A DNA stretch of 64,000 nucleotides from Escherichia phage UE-S5b, in the sequence record PP301341.1; one strand, written 5' to 3'. The notes under the pieces are model-generated. The model made no database searches and had not been told where the DNA came from. It saw only the letters and a program-made list of their open reading frames with translations. Positions 48,649 through 58,012 of the stretch are shown here, piece by piece. Position numbers and translations under genes: made by a program. Numbering within the stretch: position 1 is the first letter of the stretch; the number at the start of each line of letters is the position of its first letter.

Positions 48649-49589
48649 TCAGTAATAGTCTCACCAGGAATTAACTTACGGAATTGGATAAAGTGAAGCA
48701 GGTTACCTGAGTACAGATTCCCTTCTTTATCCATGGATGTAACACCTTGTTCCCATGTAACTGGGTTCATGTTATTTACATACTTCTCACCAAGGTTCAT
48801 AGGTGTAGCCTGATGTTCCGTTGGGGAAGCATGAATAGGTTGGTTTTCCACTAACTTAGCGAATAAGCCAAGGTCTTCCTCGATAGTAGATGGTCGTCCT
48901 TCGAAGTTGTTATAGGAAGCACGAGCACAGCGTGCAGCACTTACTTTGAGAAGTAGTCCATGCACTTCTGCATCACTTGGTTCATCGCGTGTAACTCGAT
49001 TGCGTTTGCAGAAATTGTAAGCCCCAACACGGTCAATATGAGCAATNTANGGCANATGCCATTGCCCATATGGTAATGCTCTNGGTGTNCTTTCTTCCTG
49101 TGCCTTACGCATTGCTTGAGCCAGTTCACGAATCTCTGGTTGTGCATCTTTGTGGTCACGCAGTCCATAGAAATTAGCCCAGCTGGTTGAAGTTACCACT
49201 ACACGAATATGCGTGAATGGTTCCAGAATACGGTTAACAATCTGCTTATGTACTTGCCCACGTCGTAGCTGTTCTGCATACACAGCAGCAGCAGATGCAG
49301 CGTTATCCCAGATAAACTTAGCATCCTCAATCTCCATAGGAGTGAGTTCTTCTTCTGCTTGCATACCTTTCTGGTTCTTGCCCCAGTGACTAGGCATCAC
49401 TGGTTCATTACGAACTTGTTCGATGAACTTAGCCGTGGGAATAGCACGACTGCTTGANGCATTACGGTTGAATACACGGTGNGTCATAAACTCACTGTGA
49501 ATGAATCGGGGATAAACCAATTCAAAGGTAGTAATACGAGTTCCTGTTTCTGGGTGAACGGAATCTGCAATGACAGTTGCCTTAATCAT
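48645..49589 (-). CDS. thyX: flavin-dependent thymidylate synthase (ThyX-like)
   Basis: ThyX-type motif HRVFNRN.SSSR (RHR-x7-S like); 314 aa; several N. Confidence 0.6.
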   Translation of the reverse strand: MIKATVIADSVHPETGTRITTFELVYPRFIHSEFMXHRVFNRNXSSSRAIPTAKFIEQVRNEPVMPSHWGKNQKGMQAEEELTPMEIEDAKFIWDNAASAAAVYAEQLRRGQVHKQIVNRILEPFTHIRVVVTSTSWANFYGLRDHKDAQPEIRELAQAMRKAQEEXTXRALPYGQWHXXXIAHIDRVGAYNFCKRNRVTRDEPSDAEVHGLLLKVSAARCARASYNNFEGRPSTIEEDLGLFAKLVENQPIHASPTEHQATPMNLGEKYVNNMNPVTWEQGVTSMDKEGNLYSGNLLHFIQFRKLIPGETITE

Positions 49590-49921
49590 TAGAATGACCT
49601 TAGATAGTTGGTGATACCACTACGGTTTTCTGTAATTTTCTTAACCTGAACATATACCAGCTTAAACTCACTACGGGGTAGTTCTTGTAATACTGCTACA
49701 CCTTCAGTAAGGGCCACAGAACACGCTACAGCGGTTTCTTTTTTAAAGGAGTATAAGTCTTCATACATGAGGGCTTCATACTCCCTGCGGAGCATACAGA
49801 GAGCATCTCTTGCCTTATCACTTACTTCTTGTGAACCAGCAGACATAGCTAAGCTGTATATGATAAAGATTTGTTCAAAAACAAAGTCCAGTAATCGCTT
49901 TACGGTTGAGTTCATACTCAT
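49589..49921 (-). CDS. hypothetical protein
   Basis: 110 aa ORF. Confidence 0.45.
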   Translation of the reverse strand: MSMNSTVKRLLDFVFEQIFIIYSLAMSAGSQEVSDKARDALCMLRREYEALMYEDLYSFKKETAVACSVALTEGVAVLQELPRSEFKLVYVQVKKITENRSGITNYLRSF

Positions 49922-49984
49922 CCTCTATGCCTTTATTATAAAGAACAGGATTTCGCTCCCTTTTCCGTAGGAATGGGATACGCA

Positions 49985-50365
49985 TTAGTATTTACTACCT
50001 CTTCTATACCAAGGGTAATGATGGGTAGTGCTCTTGCCTTTGAATACATCCTTAGTACGAGGATTCTTTTGTATTTGAGCCAGGTAAAGATACGTATCAT
50101 CCCTACATGGGCTAAGCCAGAACTTATCTATGATTCGGTCTACCTTAGATTTCAGATGAGGTTCCGGAGGAATGTATGAAGGAAAAGGTCTGCTAATAGT
50201 CCATCCTTTTTGAACAAGAGCCTGCATTGTCGTGTAAAGATCTAACTCAATTTCATTCTCTACTTGATCATGGATAGTTTTACCTAGAGTAAGCATTGCA
50301 GTTTGTTCTAGCTTACTTAAGTCCAGCCCTTGCAGGATAGACTTACCATTTTGTCTGCTTGACAT
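49985..50365 (-). CDS. hypothetical protein
   Basis: 126 aa ORF. Confidence 0.45.
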   Translation of the reverse strand: MSSRQNGKSILQGLDLSKLEQTAMLTLGKTIHDQVENEIELDLYTTMQALVQKGWTISRPFPSYIPPEPHLKSKVDRIIDKFWLSPCRDDTYLYLAQIQKNPRTKDVFKGKSTTHHYPWYRRGSKY

Positions 50366-50381
50366 AAGAGTACCTGTAAAT

Positions 50382-50407
50382 AAAAAAGCCCACGGGTTAG
50401 GTGGGCT
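50382..50407 (-). terminator. rho-independent terminator
   Basis: AGCCCAC-loop-GTGGGCT with A-run on +. Confidence 0.5.
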
Positions 50408-50459
50408 TGGGTTAGGAGATGGATAAGCAATGAGCTGGAAGTAACTTCCACAAGCATCA

Positions 50460-50762
50460 CTATGTAATGATGCTTAGGTTAGTTACTCTGANTTTACTGC
50501 CACCATTGGTTTGAACAACAGTTACGTTTGTAACTTGGTTCTGACCTTTGTTGGACAGTGACCAAATCAGTGCTACTACCCAGAAGACTAAAGACCAGCC
50601 TAATACAATATTAAGCACACCAATGCCCCACTTGGAGGCATGGCCTCGTGCAAAAGCAATGATAGTAGGGATGAGGTATACAGCTAATACAAACAACATA
50701 ACAAGGATTGCTGCTAAAGATTCCATGATGGTTCCTATGTGAGGTTGAGTTAGTTTCTTCAC
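50460..50762 (-). CDS. membrane protein (two TM helices)
   Basis: 100 aa; hydrophobic stretches LAAILVMLFVLAVYLIPTIIAF and IGVLNIVLGWSLVFWVVALIW. Confidence 0.45.
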   Translation of the reverse strand: MKKLTQPHIGTIMESLAAILVMLFVLAVYLIPTIIAFARGHASKWGIGVLNIVLGWSLVFWVVALIWSLSNKGQNQVTNVTVVQTNGGSKXRVTNLSIIT

Positions 50763-50799
50763 AAATAGCCCAACTATGCTGGGCTATTTAGGCAGCTAC

Positions 50800-51009
50800 T
50801 TACTCAGCATCTTTGCTTGCAGGAGCAAGAGCTTTCTTCAGGTAATTGCGTACTGAACGATAGGTTTCTTTAGTATCCATAGCACTATCATTTACGAAAG
50901 TGATACGTGCACAATCAGACAGCGGAATCTGCTCCACTGCAATTACATTTGCAGCATTAATGGTTACACGTACATCTGAGGTTGCATGAGTTACTTGAAA
51001 TACTGACAT
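50800..51009 (-). CDS. hypothetical small protein
   Basis: 69 aa ORF. Confidence 0.4.
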   Translation of the reverse strand: MSVFQVTHATSDVRVTINAANVIAVEQIPLSDCARITFVNDSAMDTKETYRSVRNYLKKALAPASKDAE

Positions 51010-51039
51010 GTTGTTTCCTTAATTAAGCCGGATAGCCTT

Positions 51040-51546
51040 TTATTTTGAAGGTCTAGCAGCTACTGGTTTGTTTTCCTGATTCTGATACTTACCATTGTAA
51101 TTAGCAGGTTCTTGAACCAGATGAAATAATACTTGAGCTATCCCAGCACCAGCCGGGATATGCAATTTCTTACGACCGTGATAGACCAGTTCGAGGGTAA
51201 GATACCCTTTCCATCCTGGTTCTATTACGGTATTGAACACTGATAATGCACGTCTTGCCCATGTAGACTTATCGTGAACGATTGCTACACAGGACGGGGA
51301 CATGTTGAACTTCTCAATTGCTGAGGCCAAGGCGAACTTACCGAGATGGCGTGATACTTGATTTCCATCAACGACTTTCACCATTGGAATCAGCCCAAAT
51401 AAGCGATAGAAGGTAATATCTTGTTTGATACGAATATCATAACCAGCTTCACCTAATCCATAGCTTACACCATGCTCTGATACCTTATGGTCTGGGACAT
51501 CCAGCAACTGAGATGAACGGTATAGAGAATTACCATTAACAACCAT
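51040..51546 (-). CDS. dCTP deaminase-like (dUTPase fold)
   Basis: Pattern GYDIRI...IEPGWKGYLTLEL...AGIAQVLF typical of dCTP deaminase family. Confidence 0.6.
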   Translation of the reverse strand: MVVNGNSLYRSSQLLDVPDHKVSEHGVSYGLGEAGYDIRIKQDITFYRLFGLIPMVKVVDGNQVSRHLGKFALASAIEKFNMSPSCVAIVHDKSTWARRALSVFNTVIEPGWKGYLTLELVYHGRKKLHIPAGAGIAQVLFHLVQEPANYNGKYQNQENKPVAARPSK

Positions 51547-52721
51547 TATTTCATTCCTTTAGGGATATGAACTACCTCCCCAAAAGGTACGGTAGCATTG
51601 GGATTATTCAGAACACACCAGATGATAGGAATATCAAATGGTAATTCTTCCATTGGACGAACATACATATCGGAGAATATGATTGCAGCGGTTGGTTTAT
51701 TCTTAATAATCCACTCGCGTACTGGTTCCAGGTTTGTACCACCACGACCGGTAATCTTAATCTCTTCAAAAGTATCTTCTTCAGTGATGTCTATCTCTTC
51801 TTGGATAATATCGTCGAAGGTAATTAAGGACATCTTCTTAGGATTGAACTGGCTCTTAACGTAGGCAACCTCTGAGTTAAAACGCAGAGAGTCAGCACTA
51901 CTAATAGAACCAGATACATCCTCAAAGTAGGCTAAGTGTCGTAAGCGTCCTTCATCATCTTCCATGGAAGGTAGATAGATGTCAGTAAAACGACGGTTAG
52001 GTCTGGCCCACGTATAATGAGTATCGTCAATGTCGGTAAAGAAGTTCATGAGGACTTCCTGCCATGGAACCACTGGTTTAAGGAATTGGGTAATAACCTC
52101 TTCCATACGACCAGCACCCTTACCGGGCATCTGTCCACCAGCCATTTTCTGGCTCTGCATTGCTCGTACTACGTTGTTGACGACAGCACCCTGGGACTGC
52201 CCCGAAGTGGGGGATTTCATGTCGCCAGCAAGACCTGCTCCAGCACCCCCTGACGGCTTCTGCCTTTTCTGAGGGTTCTTCATCAGGTCATCGTAGATGT
52301 CTTCTTCGACCCATCCTTTATATTGAGGGTCTTTGCAAATACCTTTATCAATGCCAGTGAACTTATAACCATCTTCTTCTAACTGAAGGTTAATGAAGTG
52401 GTCACACGCCTGGTTCCAGATTTCTGGGTCACGGCTTCCACGACGGATGCCATGCAGATATGCCACATGCCAAAGTTCATGCATTAACACTGTTTCTCTG
52501 GCATCTGGACACATCCAGATAAAGAAATCTGGATTGAAGTGAAGTTCTATCCCATCAGTACATGCAGTGGGACAATTCTCACGTTTCCATGAGAACTTAA
52601 GACTACATAGTAATGAACCAAAGAACGCAGCACTGCGTCCGAGAAATGCGTTGGCCTGTATTCTATCGTATTCCCTCATTAACTGTTCATCAGTGAGGTT
52701 ATGTGGTGGTATGTTATTCAT
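51546..52721 (-). CDS. VWA-type protein with N-terminal HExxH-like metallopeptidase-like region (partner of AAA+ ATPase)
   Basis: HELWH motif (MHELWHVAYLHG); 391 aa; pairs with the MoxR-like ATPase. Confidence 0.5.
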   Translation of the reverse strand: MNNIPPHNLTDEQLMREYDRIQANAFLGRSAAFFGSLLCSLKFSWKRENCPTACTDGIELHFNPDFFIWMCPDARETVLMHELWHVAYLHGIRRGSRDPEIWNQACDHFINLQLEEDGYKFTGIDKGICKDPQYKGWVEEDIYDDLMKNPQKRQKPSGGAGAGLAGDMKSPTSGQSQGAVVNNVVRAMQSQKMAGGQMPGKGAGRMEEVITQFLKPVVPWQEVLMNFFTDIDDTHYTWARPNRRFTDIYLPSMEDDEGRLRHLAYFEDVSGSISSADSLRFNSEVAYVKSQFNPKKMSLITFDDIIQEEIDITEEDTFEEIKITGRGGTNLEPVREWIIKNKPTAAIIFSDMYVRPMEELPFDIPIIWCVLNNPNATVPFGEVVHIPKGMK

Positions 52722-53197
52722 TAAGATGCTCCATGATTTATATGGTAACCCAATAATTTTTCTGCTTCCTTTCTGGCTGTAATGGCCTCTTGTTTACTGT
52801 TAAACTTTCCTAAGTAAATTTGTTTACCATTATCATTTATATGGGCAGCCCAGATTTTATCTCGGGTGTGCCAGTAAACTCCTGTCACACCTGATGTATT
52901 TGTAATTCTCTTGGTTTGATTTTTGCAATTAATCGAGTTTGTTACTAAACGGAAATTGCTTGGGTAATTATTTAATCTATTATGGTCAATATGGTCTACC
53001 TGCATACCGTCAGGAATTGGTCCAATCTCCATTTCATAAATTATGCGGTGAACTAAATGCATTTTCTTGTTACATTTAACACGCAAATACCCACTGTTAT
53101 CCAAACAACCGGCAATGGCACCTGCTTTTACGCAGCCCCTGCTTACTTTCCAGTAGAGGGAACCATTGCTATAAACAAATAGTTCATGCCAATTCAT
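52721..53197 (-). CDS. HNH-AP2 homing endonuclease
   Basis: HNH core (HRIIYEM...VDHIDHNRLNN) plus AP2-like region (VTGVYWHTRDKIWAAHINDNGKQIYLGKF...EAITARKEAE). Confidence 0.7.
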   Translation of the reverse strand: MNWHELFVYSNGSLYWKVSRGCVKAGAIAGCLDNSGYLRVKCNKKMHLVHRIIYEMEIGPIPDGMQVDHIDHNRLNNYPSNFRLVTNSINCKNQTKRITNTSGVTGVYWHTRDKIWAAHINDNGKQIYLGKFNSKQEAITARKEAEKLLGYHINHGAS

Positions 53198-53201
53198 TAT
53201 T

Positions 53202-54254
53202 TTATCCGTGAATGTAACGAGAGATATTAGCAGCAGCCTTACGCCATTCAGGTGTAGCCTGAAGTTCTGGCAATGCTCTGCCTACTGTACGGAAGTACAG
53301 AATCTTATGGGTGAACGTTTTAAAGCGTTCAATGTACTGAAGAACATCAGAGAAGTTTTCTTCAGTAGTTTTGTTAGCCAGGTGGTTAACAGTAGCCCAA
53401 CACAGGTTGTTATCTTCCGGTAGTGCACAGCCCAGAGGGTCTTTGACTACTTTCTCAATCGTAATCATACGATTGTATACCTGAGTGAATTGAACAAACT
53501 CTGTAGCCTTACCAGCAGTAACATGTCCTGCGTAGTAGATAGAATCTTCATCTGGCAGAGCACCTTCAGGACGGTTCTTGAGGTCTTTGTTAACAAAGTC
53601 CCAGGTGCGTGGGCAACAGAACGTTTTGTTCTTATGGGCTGGGTCGAAGTCATGCAGATAACCTGGGTTAGCATGTAAGAATGCAACCAGACGTTCATCC
53701 CATTCTTGTGGAATCATTACATCTTCAACAAAGATGTCGAAGTTAAGTTCCATTTCGAAGTGAACCACGCGAGACTGCATTGCAGTGCCCAGTGGGTTAA
53801 CAATGGCACGGTCAGTAGCTTTGTTACCAGCACATATAATCATCACATTAGGATGGAGTTTTTTCTGACCAGTCATACGGTCCAGAATCAGTTTGTATGC
53901 AGCAGCTACTACTTCTTTTCTGGCTGAGTTGAACTCATCAAGGAACAGGAGCCAACCATTATATCCTTCCGGTATCTCATCCCCCTCAATAGGGAATAAG
54001 TCAGCGAATGGGATAAACTCTGCACGGTCACCATTACGGAATGGTAGACCAGACAAATCCTCTGGGGCAGAAGTAGACAGACGATGGTCTATCAGTTTCA
54101 TACCAAATTCTTCTGCAACAGAGCGAATAATTGCAGATTTACCCATTCCCGGTGATGAAGTCAGGAACGGTACGTTACCTGCTTGCAGGGCACGGATAAT
54201 AAAGTTACGGGCCTGACGTGTATTACATACGGTCAGTGAGTCAATGCTCGCCAT
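53202..54254 (-). CDS. AAA+ ATPase, MoxR-like
   Basis: Walker A SPGMGKS, Walker B LFLDEFN; 350 aa. Confidence 0.7.
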   Translation of the reverse strand: MASIDSLTVCNTRQARNFIIRALQAGNVPFLTSSPGMGKSAIIRSVAEEFGMKLIDHRLSTSAPEDLSGLPFRNGDRAEFIPFADLFPIEGDEIPEGYNGWLLFLDEFNSARKEVVAAAYKLILDRMTGQKKLHPNVMIICAGNKATDRAIVNPLGTAMQSRVVHFEMELNFDIFVEDVMIPQEWDERLVAFLHANPGYLHDFDPAHKNKTFCCPRTWDFVNKDLKNRPEGALPDEDSIYYAGHVTAGKATEFVQFTQVYNRMITIEKVVKDPLGCALPEDNNLCWATVNHLANKTTEENFSDVLQYIERFKTFTHKILYFRTVGRALPELQATPEWRKAAANISRYIHG

Positions 54255-54288
54255 TTACTTACTCTCCTAAAGTTAATGGAATTACTAA

Positions 54289-54615
54289 TTAAGATTTAAT
54301 ACATGGGTAGGCTGTATCAATTGCCATCAGAACCATGTCTGATGGTACTTTTACTGCATTAACCTTTCTGTCATACAGAATAATAGTGGCTACTTTGTCA
54401 AAGACATTTCCTAACTTCAAACTATCTGGTACGCAGTTCTTACCTGCTTCTACACCCATAGTAACCATGCCCATAAAGTAACCCTGGTTCACAAAGTTTG
54501 CATTATTGGCTTTGTAGTCAGCAGCAGCGTCTAACAGAGTTTCACGGCTGGATGCTTGAGCATTGAATGACAGAACTGATAAAGCTACTACAGCAACAGC
54601 AATTAAAGTTTTCAT
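54289..54615 (-). CDS. small secreted/periplasmic protein
   Basis: Signal peptide MKTLIAVAVVALSVLSFNAQASS; two Cys in mature part. Confidence 0.5.
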   Translation of the reverse strand: MKTLIAVAVVALSVLSFNAQASSRETLLDAAADYKANNANFVNQGYFMGMVTMGVEAGKNCVPDSLKLGNVFDKVATIILYDRKVNAVKVPSDMVLMAIDTAYPCIKS

Positions 54616-54801
54616 TTAGTTACCTTTTAACTCGTTGAGTTGAAGTACTCCAGTAGGGGTTAATGACCACCCAAGACCAGCATTGAACTGCACTAAGCCC
54701 AGTTTCTTAAGAGACTGTGCGGTTTTATTATTGCGGTTGCTGGTGGCAGAACCACCTTGAACCATACGAAGGAAGATTGCTTGGGACTGGGTTAATTTCA
54801 C
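54616..54801 (-). CDS. hypothetical small protein
   Basis: 61 aa ORF. Confidence 0.4.
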   Translation of the reverse strand: MKLTQSQAIFLRMVQGGSATSNRNNKTAQSLKKLGLVQFNAGLGWSLTPTGVLQLNELKGN

Positions 54802-55058
54802 TCATCTTCTCCTTCATCTGGGAGTGGTGATAAATCTACACATAAATGCTCAAAGCGTTTTTCTAAGACAGCAATTCTCTTTTGATAAAATGACAGCAGT
54901 TCAGGAAGTATTCTTGTACGAGCTTGCGGTCCTAAATCCGTACCATTGAATGATACTTTCACCATATGTGGTGACTTCTTCAAACTAGCTAATTGCTGTC
55001 GGTTGTCGTTGTATTCTTCGTACAGTTTCTCAACCAAACGTAGATTGTGGATATTCAT
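54798..55058 (-). CDS. hypothetical small protein
   Basis: 86 aa ORF. Confidence 0.4.
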   Translation of the reverse strand: MNIHNLRLVEKLYEEYNDNRQQLASLKKSPHMVKVSFNGTDLGPQARTRILPELLSFYQKRIAVLEKRFEHLCVDLSPLPDEGEDE

Positions 55059-55243
55059 TTTTTCTCCGGTACGAACTGCATTACACAGTTTTGATTACGA
55101 GGGATATTCAATTCACATTCATGCTTGAGGGTTTGTGTTACAGAATTTGGAGTAGAACCAAAGTAGGTATTAGAAATAGCTACAAATCCTGCACCTAATA
55201 AACCGCCTAGTAAGAATGAGAAAAATGCAATCTCTTTATACAT
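55055..55243 (-). CDS. small membrane protein
   Basis: 62 aa, one hydrophobic helix FFSFLLGGLLGAGFVAI. Confidence 0.4.
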   Translation of the reverse strand: MYKEIAFFSFLLGGLLGAGFVAISNTYFGSTPNSVTQTLKHECELNIPRNQNCVMQFVPEKK

Positions 55244-55268
55244 TTCCTGGCTCCAGAATGTTTAAGTC

Positions 55269-55298
55269 AAAAAAAGACCTCCCTTCATCTGGGAGGTC
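55269..55298 (-). terminator. rho-independent terminator
   Basis: GACCTCCC-TTCATCT-GGGAGGTC with A-run on +. Confidence 0.55.
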
Positions 55299-55348
55299 AA
55301 GCTTGGGAGTTTTATATCAGGGTTTACAACCCCAAATAAAGGCTACCT

Positions 55349-56182
55349 TTATTCTACAACAGTAATAGCGATGGTTACATCGACCTTACCGTTGGTAACT
55401 ACTACAGAAGTAGCTTCACCAGCAGCCACTGGTTTAACCGTCAATACGTTACCGGCAATGGTAGCCGTAGCACGGGCAGAATCTGGGGTAGTCTTAATAG
55501 ACAAAGTACCAGCAGATGAACCAACAGGCATAGCAGCAATGGTTACAGTCTTACCGGCAGCAGTATCATCAGCAACAGACAGAGCCAGTGAATCAGGAGT
55601 AGCTACCAGTGAGCTTGCTTCATAGTAGCCTACTGCCAGCAACGACGTATCTTCTACAGTGGTTCCATTGGCATCAGTAACAATCACTTTATAAGTACCA
55701 GCAGAAGCAGCGGTTACGTTATTAAGAGTCAACGTTGCAGTAGCAGCAGATGCGTTATCACCAGAATCAATATCAGTGAATACTGCACCAGCGGTATCGG
55801 CTTTAAATTGCCATTTATAAGTAAACGGTGCTTTACCACCTGCTACATCAACATGCCAGTTAATATCTTCGCCTTCGATAGCAGAGATTACACGAGGCAG
55901 TTTAGTAGCAACAGTCAGTCGTGGAGTAGCTTTCATGTCAATAGAGATGGCTTGCATATCCACGATGTTGTTAGGCCAGAAGCCTGCTTCAGCAGGGTTT
56001 TTAGCAGAACGTTTATACAGCAGATTACGTACACCGTGAAAGATAACTAAACTATCCGGGTAAGTGGCATCTGGATGCACAAAAGTACCTACCTCTACGG
56101 AACCACCTGGGATAGAACCCCCTGCATCCAGTACAGTTGCAACATTGGTGGTTTTGTTAAAACCTACTTTTAAAGTTGGCAT
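55349..56182 (-). CDS. capsid decoration protein with Ig-like domains (N4 gp17-like)
   Basis: ATG at 56182 preceded by GAGGAAA; Thr/Ala/Val-rich beta-sandwich-like repeats; located after RNAP II genes as gp17 is in N4. The first 43 aa of the track ORF are rejected. Confidence 0.55.
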   Translation of the reverse strand: MPTLKVGFNKTTNVATVLDAGGSIPGGSVEVGTFVHPDATYPDSLVIFHGVRNLLYKRSAKNPAEAGFWPNNIVDMQAISIDMKATPRLTVATKLPRVISAIEGEDINWHVDVAGGKAPFTYKWQFKADTAGAVFTDIDSGDNASAATATLTLNNVTAASAGTYKVIVTDANGTTVEDTSLLAVGYYEASSLVATPDSLALSVADDTAAGKTVTIAAMPVGSSAGTLSIKTTPDSARATATIAGNVLTVKPVAAGEATSVVVTNGKVDVTIAITVVE

Positions 56183-56229
56183 ATGAATTTCCTCATAAGT
56201 AAATAGCAGGATTAGTATACATGACATGT

Positions 56230-56258
56230 AAAAAAATAAACCCTCCGTTAAGAGGGTT
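56230..56258 (-). terminator. rho-independent terminator
   Basis: AACCCTC-CGTTAA-GAGGGTT with flanking A/T runs. Confidence 0.5.
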
Positions 56259-56454
56259 AGTTGTTTACACAGTAGATAGCAAAAGCTATCCATCCTGCCA
56301 TTACAAAGCATCCTAGTGAGTATGCTCCATAGTAGCAGTAAGCAAACTTAGACTTGTGGGCACGAACTATCGTAGCCAGAATCAGTACAGATAAAACTAT
56401 CAGTATTAGCTGAGAGATTACTTCAAAATTGATAAGCATAGTTGCTACCTCCAA
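56257..56454 (-). CDS. small membrane protein
   Basis: 65 aa, two hydrophobic helices. Confidence 0.4.
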   Translation of the reverse strand: MEVATMLINFEVISQLILIVLSVLILATIVRAHKSKFAYCYYGAYSLGCFVMAGWIAFAIYCVNN

Positions 56455-56497
56455 GCAAAAAATAAAGCCCCACTCCCGAAGGAATGAGGCTAGTTTA

Positions 56498-57715
56498 TTA
56501 ACTTAATGCATAATCTGTTTCTAGAATGTCTTGCCAGAGGCTGTCATCCAGCTTACCAGCAGAGAACTCTTGTCCCAGTACTTGAGACAGAATGAAGCCC
56601 AGTAAGTCACTCTTAGCAATGTCAGACAGAATCTGATTGTACTGACGACGCAGGTCATTACCATAGTTAGGGTGGCAACGGAAGCAATCATGTACAGTCA
56701 TTACAGGGAATGGTTTCTTAGGCATAGTGTCGATCATATCTGCTACTACTTGACGGTCTACCAATGCAATAGTATTCGGGTCAAGGAAGTCTAGGATAGA
56801 TAGCGACAGGAATCCTGACCTTTCATAATGATTCCAGATTTCCATAGTCTTCTCTTGGTTCCCCTCAATAACGGGGTATTCACTTGGCCCGATATCGCAC
56901 AGTTCCCGTACATAGGCAACCAGTTTAGGGTCGAAGTTACAACGACGCAGCATCTCACGTACTACCATCCCATCAATAGAGTGAGTGATGTTAGCAGAGA
57001 GCATACGGGTCTTCTCTTCAGTACCCTGAACCATACGAGTGATGTCAAATGGTTTACCCAAGAAGTTAACAGTCTGTACTTCAAGAACCATGACTTTAAT
57101 GACAGCATGGAAGTTGTCAGGGAGTACCCATATGTAACGGTTAGCATCCGGGTTACCACATTGCAGTAAGAACTTGTTAAGTGCCCAAGGACCACTTGCA
57201 ACTGTTTCCATTACATTTTCAAAAGTCTTGAGACGGATACCTTCCCCGAATACTTCTTTAGGTTTGGCTTCTGAACCGTAGAATGCAGTCATAACTGCCT
57301 GCTTGGTATCACTACGTTTAATACGGGATGCTTCACCAAGGATGTCCAGCATCTTGTGATATATAACTGTATAAGCATCACGTCGTAATGGCTTACCATT
57401 CTCTCCCATGTAATTAACTACGTTACACAGTTCAGCAGCAGAGCGGTCACCAGTCAGGCAGGCCAGTAACTGCAAGCCTGATGATGTAGCATCCAGGGCT
57501 ACGGCATATCCGATAGGCTTACCTGCTTTCATATCTTTCCATGCGTTTATGCCAGCATAGAATAGTGCAGATTCCTCAGCTTCATCTACCAGATTAAGCA
57601 AGTTAGCTTCATTCTCATCGAACCAAGCAATACGCTCATTCCAGGTCTTTTTATCCAGACCATAGTTATTGGCGATATCTACTTTCAGGTATTCACGAGC
57701 GGTTAACAGTTGCAT
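56498..57715 (-). CDS. RNA polymerase II large (catalytic) subunit, T7-like single-subunit RNAP C-terminal half (N4 gp16-like)
   Basis: 405 aa; T7 RNAP motif A-like ALDATSSGLQ, motif B-like K..VMTAFYGS, motif C-like VHDCF. Confidence 0.8.
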   Translation of the reverse strand: MQLLTAREYLKVDIANNYGLDKKTWNERIAWFDENEANLLNLVDEAEESALFYAGINAWKDMKAGKPIGYAVALDATSSGLQLLACLTGDRSAAELCNVVNYMGENGKPLRRDAYTVIYHKMLDILGEASRIKRSDTKQAVMTAFYGSEAKPKEVFGEGIRLKTFENVMETVASGPWALNKFLLQCGNPDANRYIWVLPDNFHAVIKVMVLEVQTVNFLGKPFDITRMVQGTEEKTRMLSANITHSIDGMVVREMLRRCNFDPKLVAYVRELCDIGPSEYPVIEGNQEKTMEIWNHYERSGFLSLSILDFLDPNTIALVDRQVVADMIDTMPKKPFPVMTVHDCFRCHPNYGNDLRRQYNQILSDIAKSDLLGFILSQVLGQEFSAGKLDDSLWQDILETDYALS

Positions 57716-57772
57716 TTTATGTTCCTTTTGCTTCTTGGCTCCTCACTATGAAGAGCCTGCTTATTGGATGGA

Positions 57773-58012
57773 TTAGCCAGCATTAAATGATGACAATACT
57801 ATTCCTGGTTCCACACCTTCTGTGGCAATACCCAGGTACTCGACGTGCACTTTATCAGGGGAAGAACACCAAGCGGAAGATAGATTCCATTCTCCGTCTG
57901 GATTAATAAGGCGAGCTTCTTCCTTAGTTGTAGTAGCTACCACTGCGGAATCGTATGTATCCCATCCTGTATTCTCTTCCTGGCTAATGAGCCATAGTTT
58001 TAACCTACTCAT
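57773..58012 (-). CDS. hypothetical small protein
   Basis: 79 aa ORF between the two RNAP II genes. Confidence 0.35.
   Translation of the reverse strand: MSRLKLWLISQEENTGWDTYDSAVVATTTKEEARLINPDGEWNLSSAWCSSPDKVHVEYLGIATEGVEPGIVLSSFNAG

Noticed and set aside
56183-56311. 43 aa N-terminal extension of the decoration protein ORF (track start 56311)
   Set aside because: The extension is hydrophobic nonsense overlapping a terminator; ATG at 56182 has a GAGGAAA Shine-Dalgarno.
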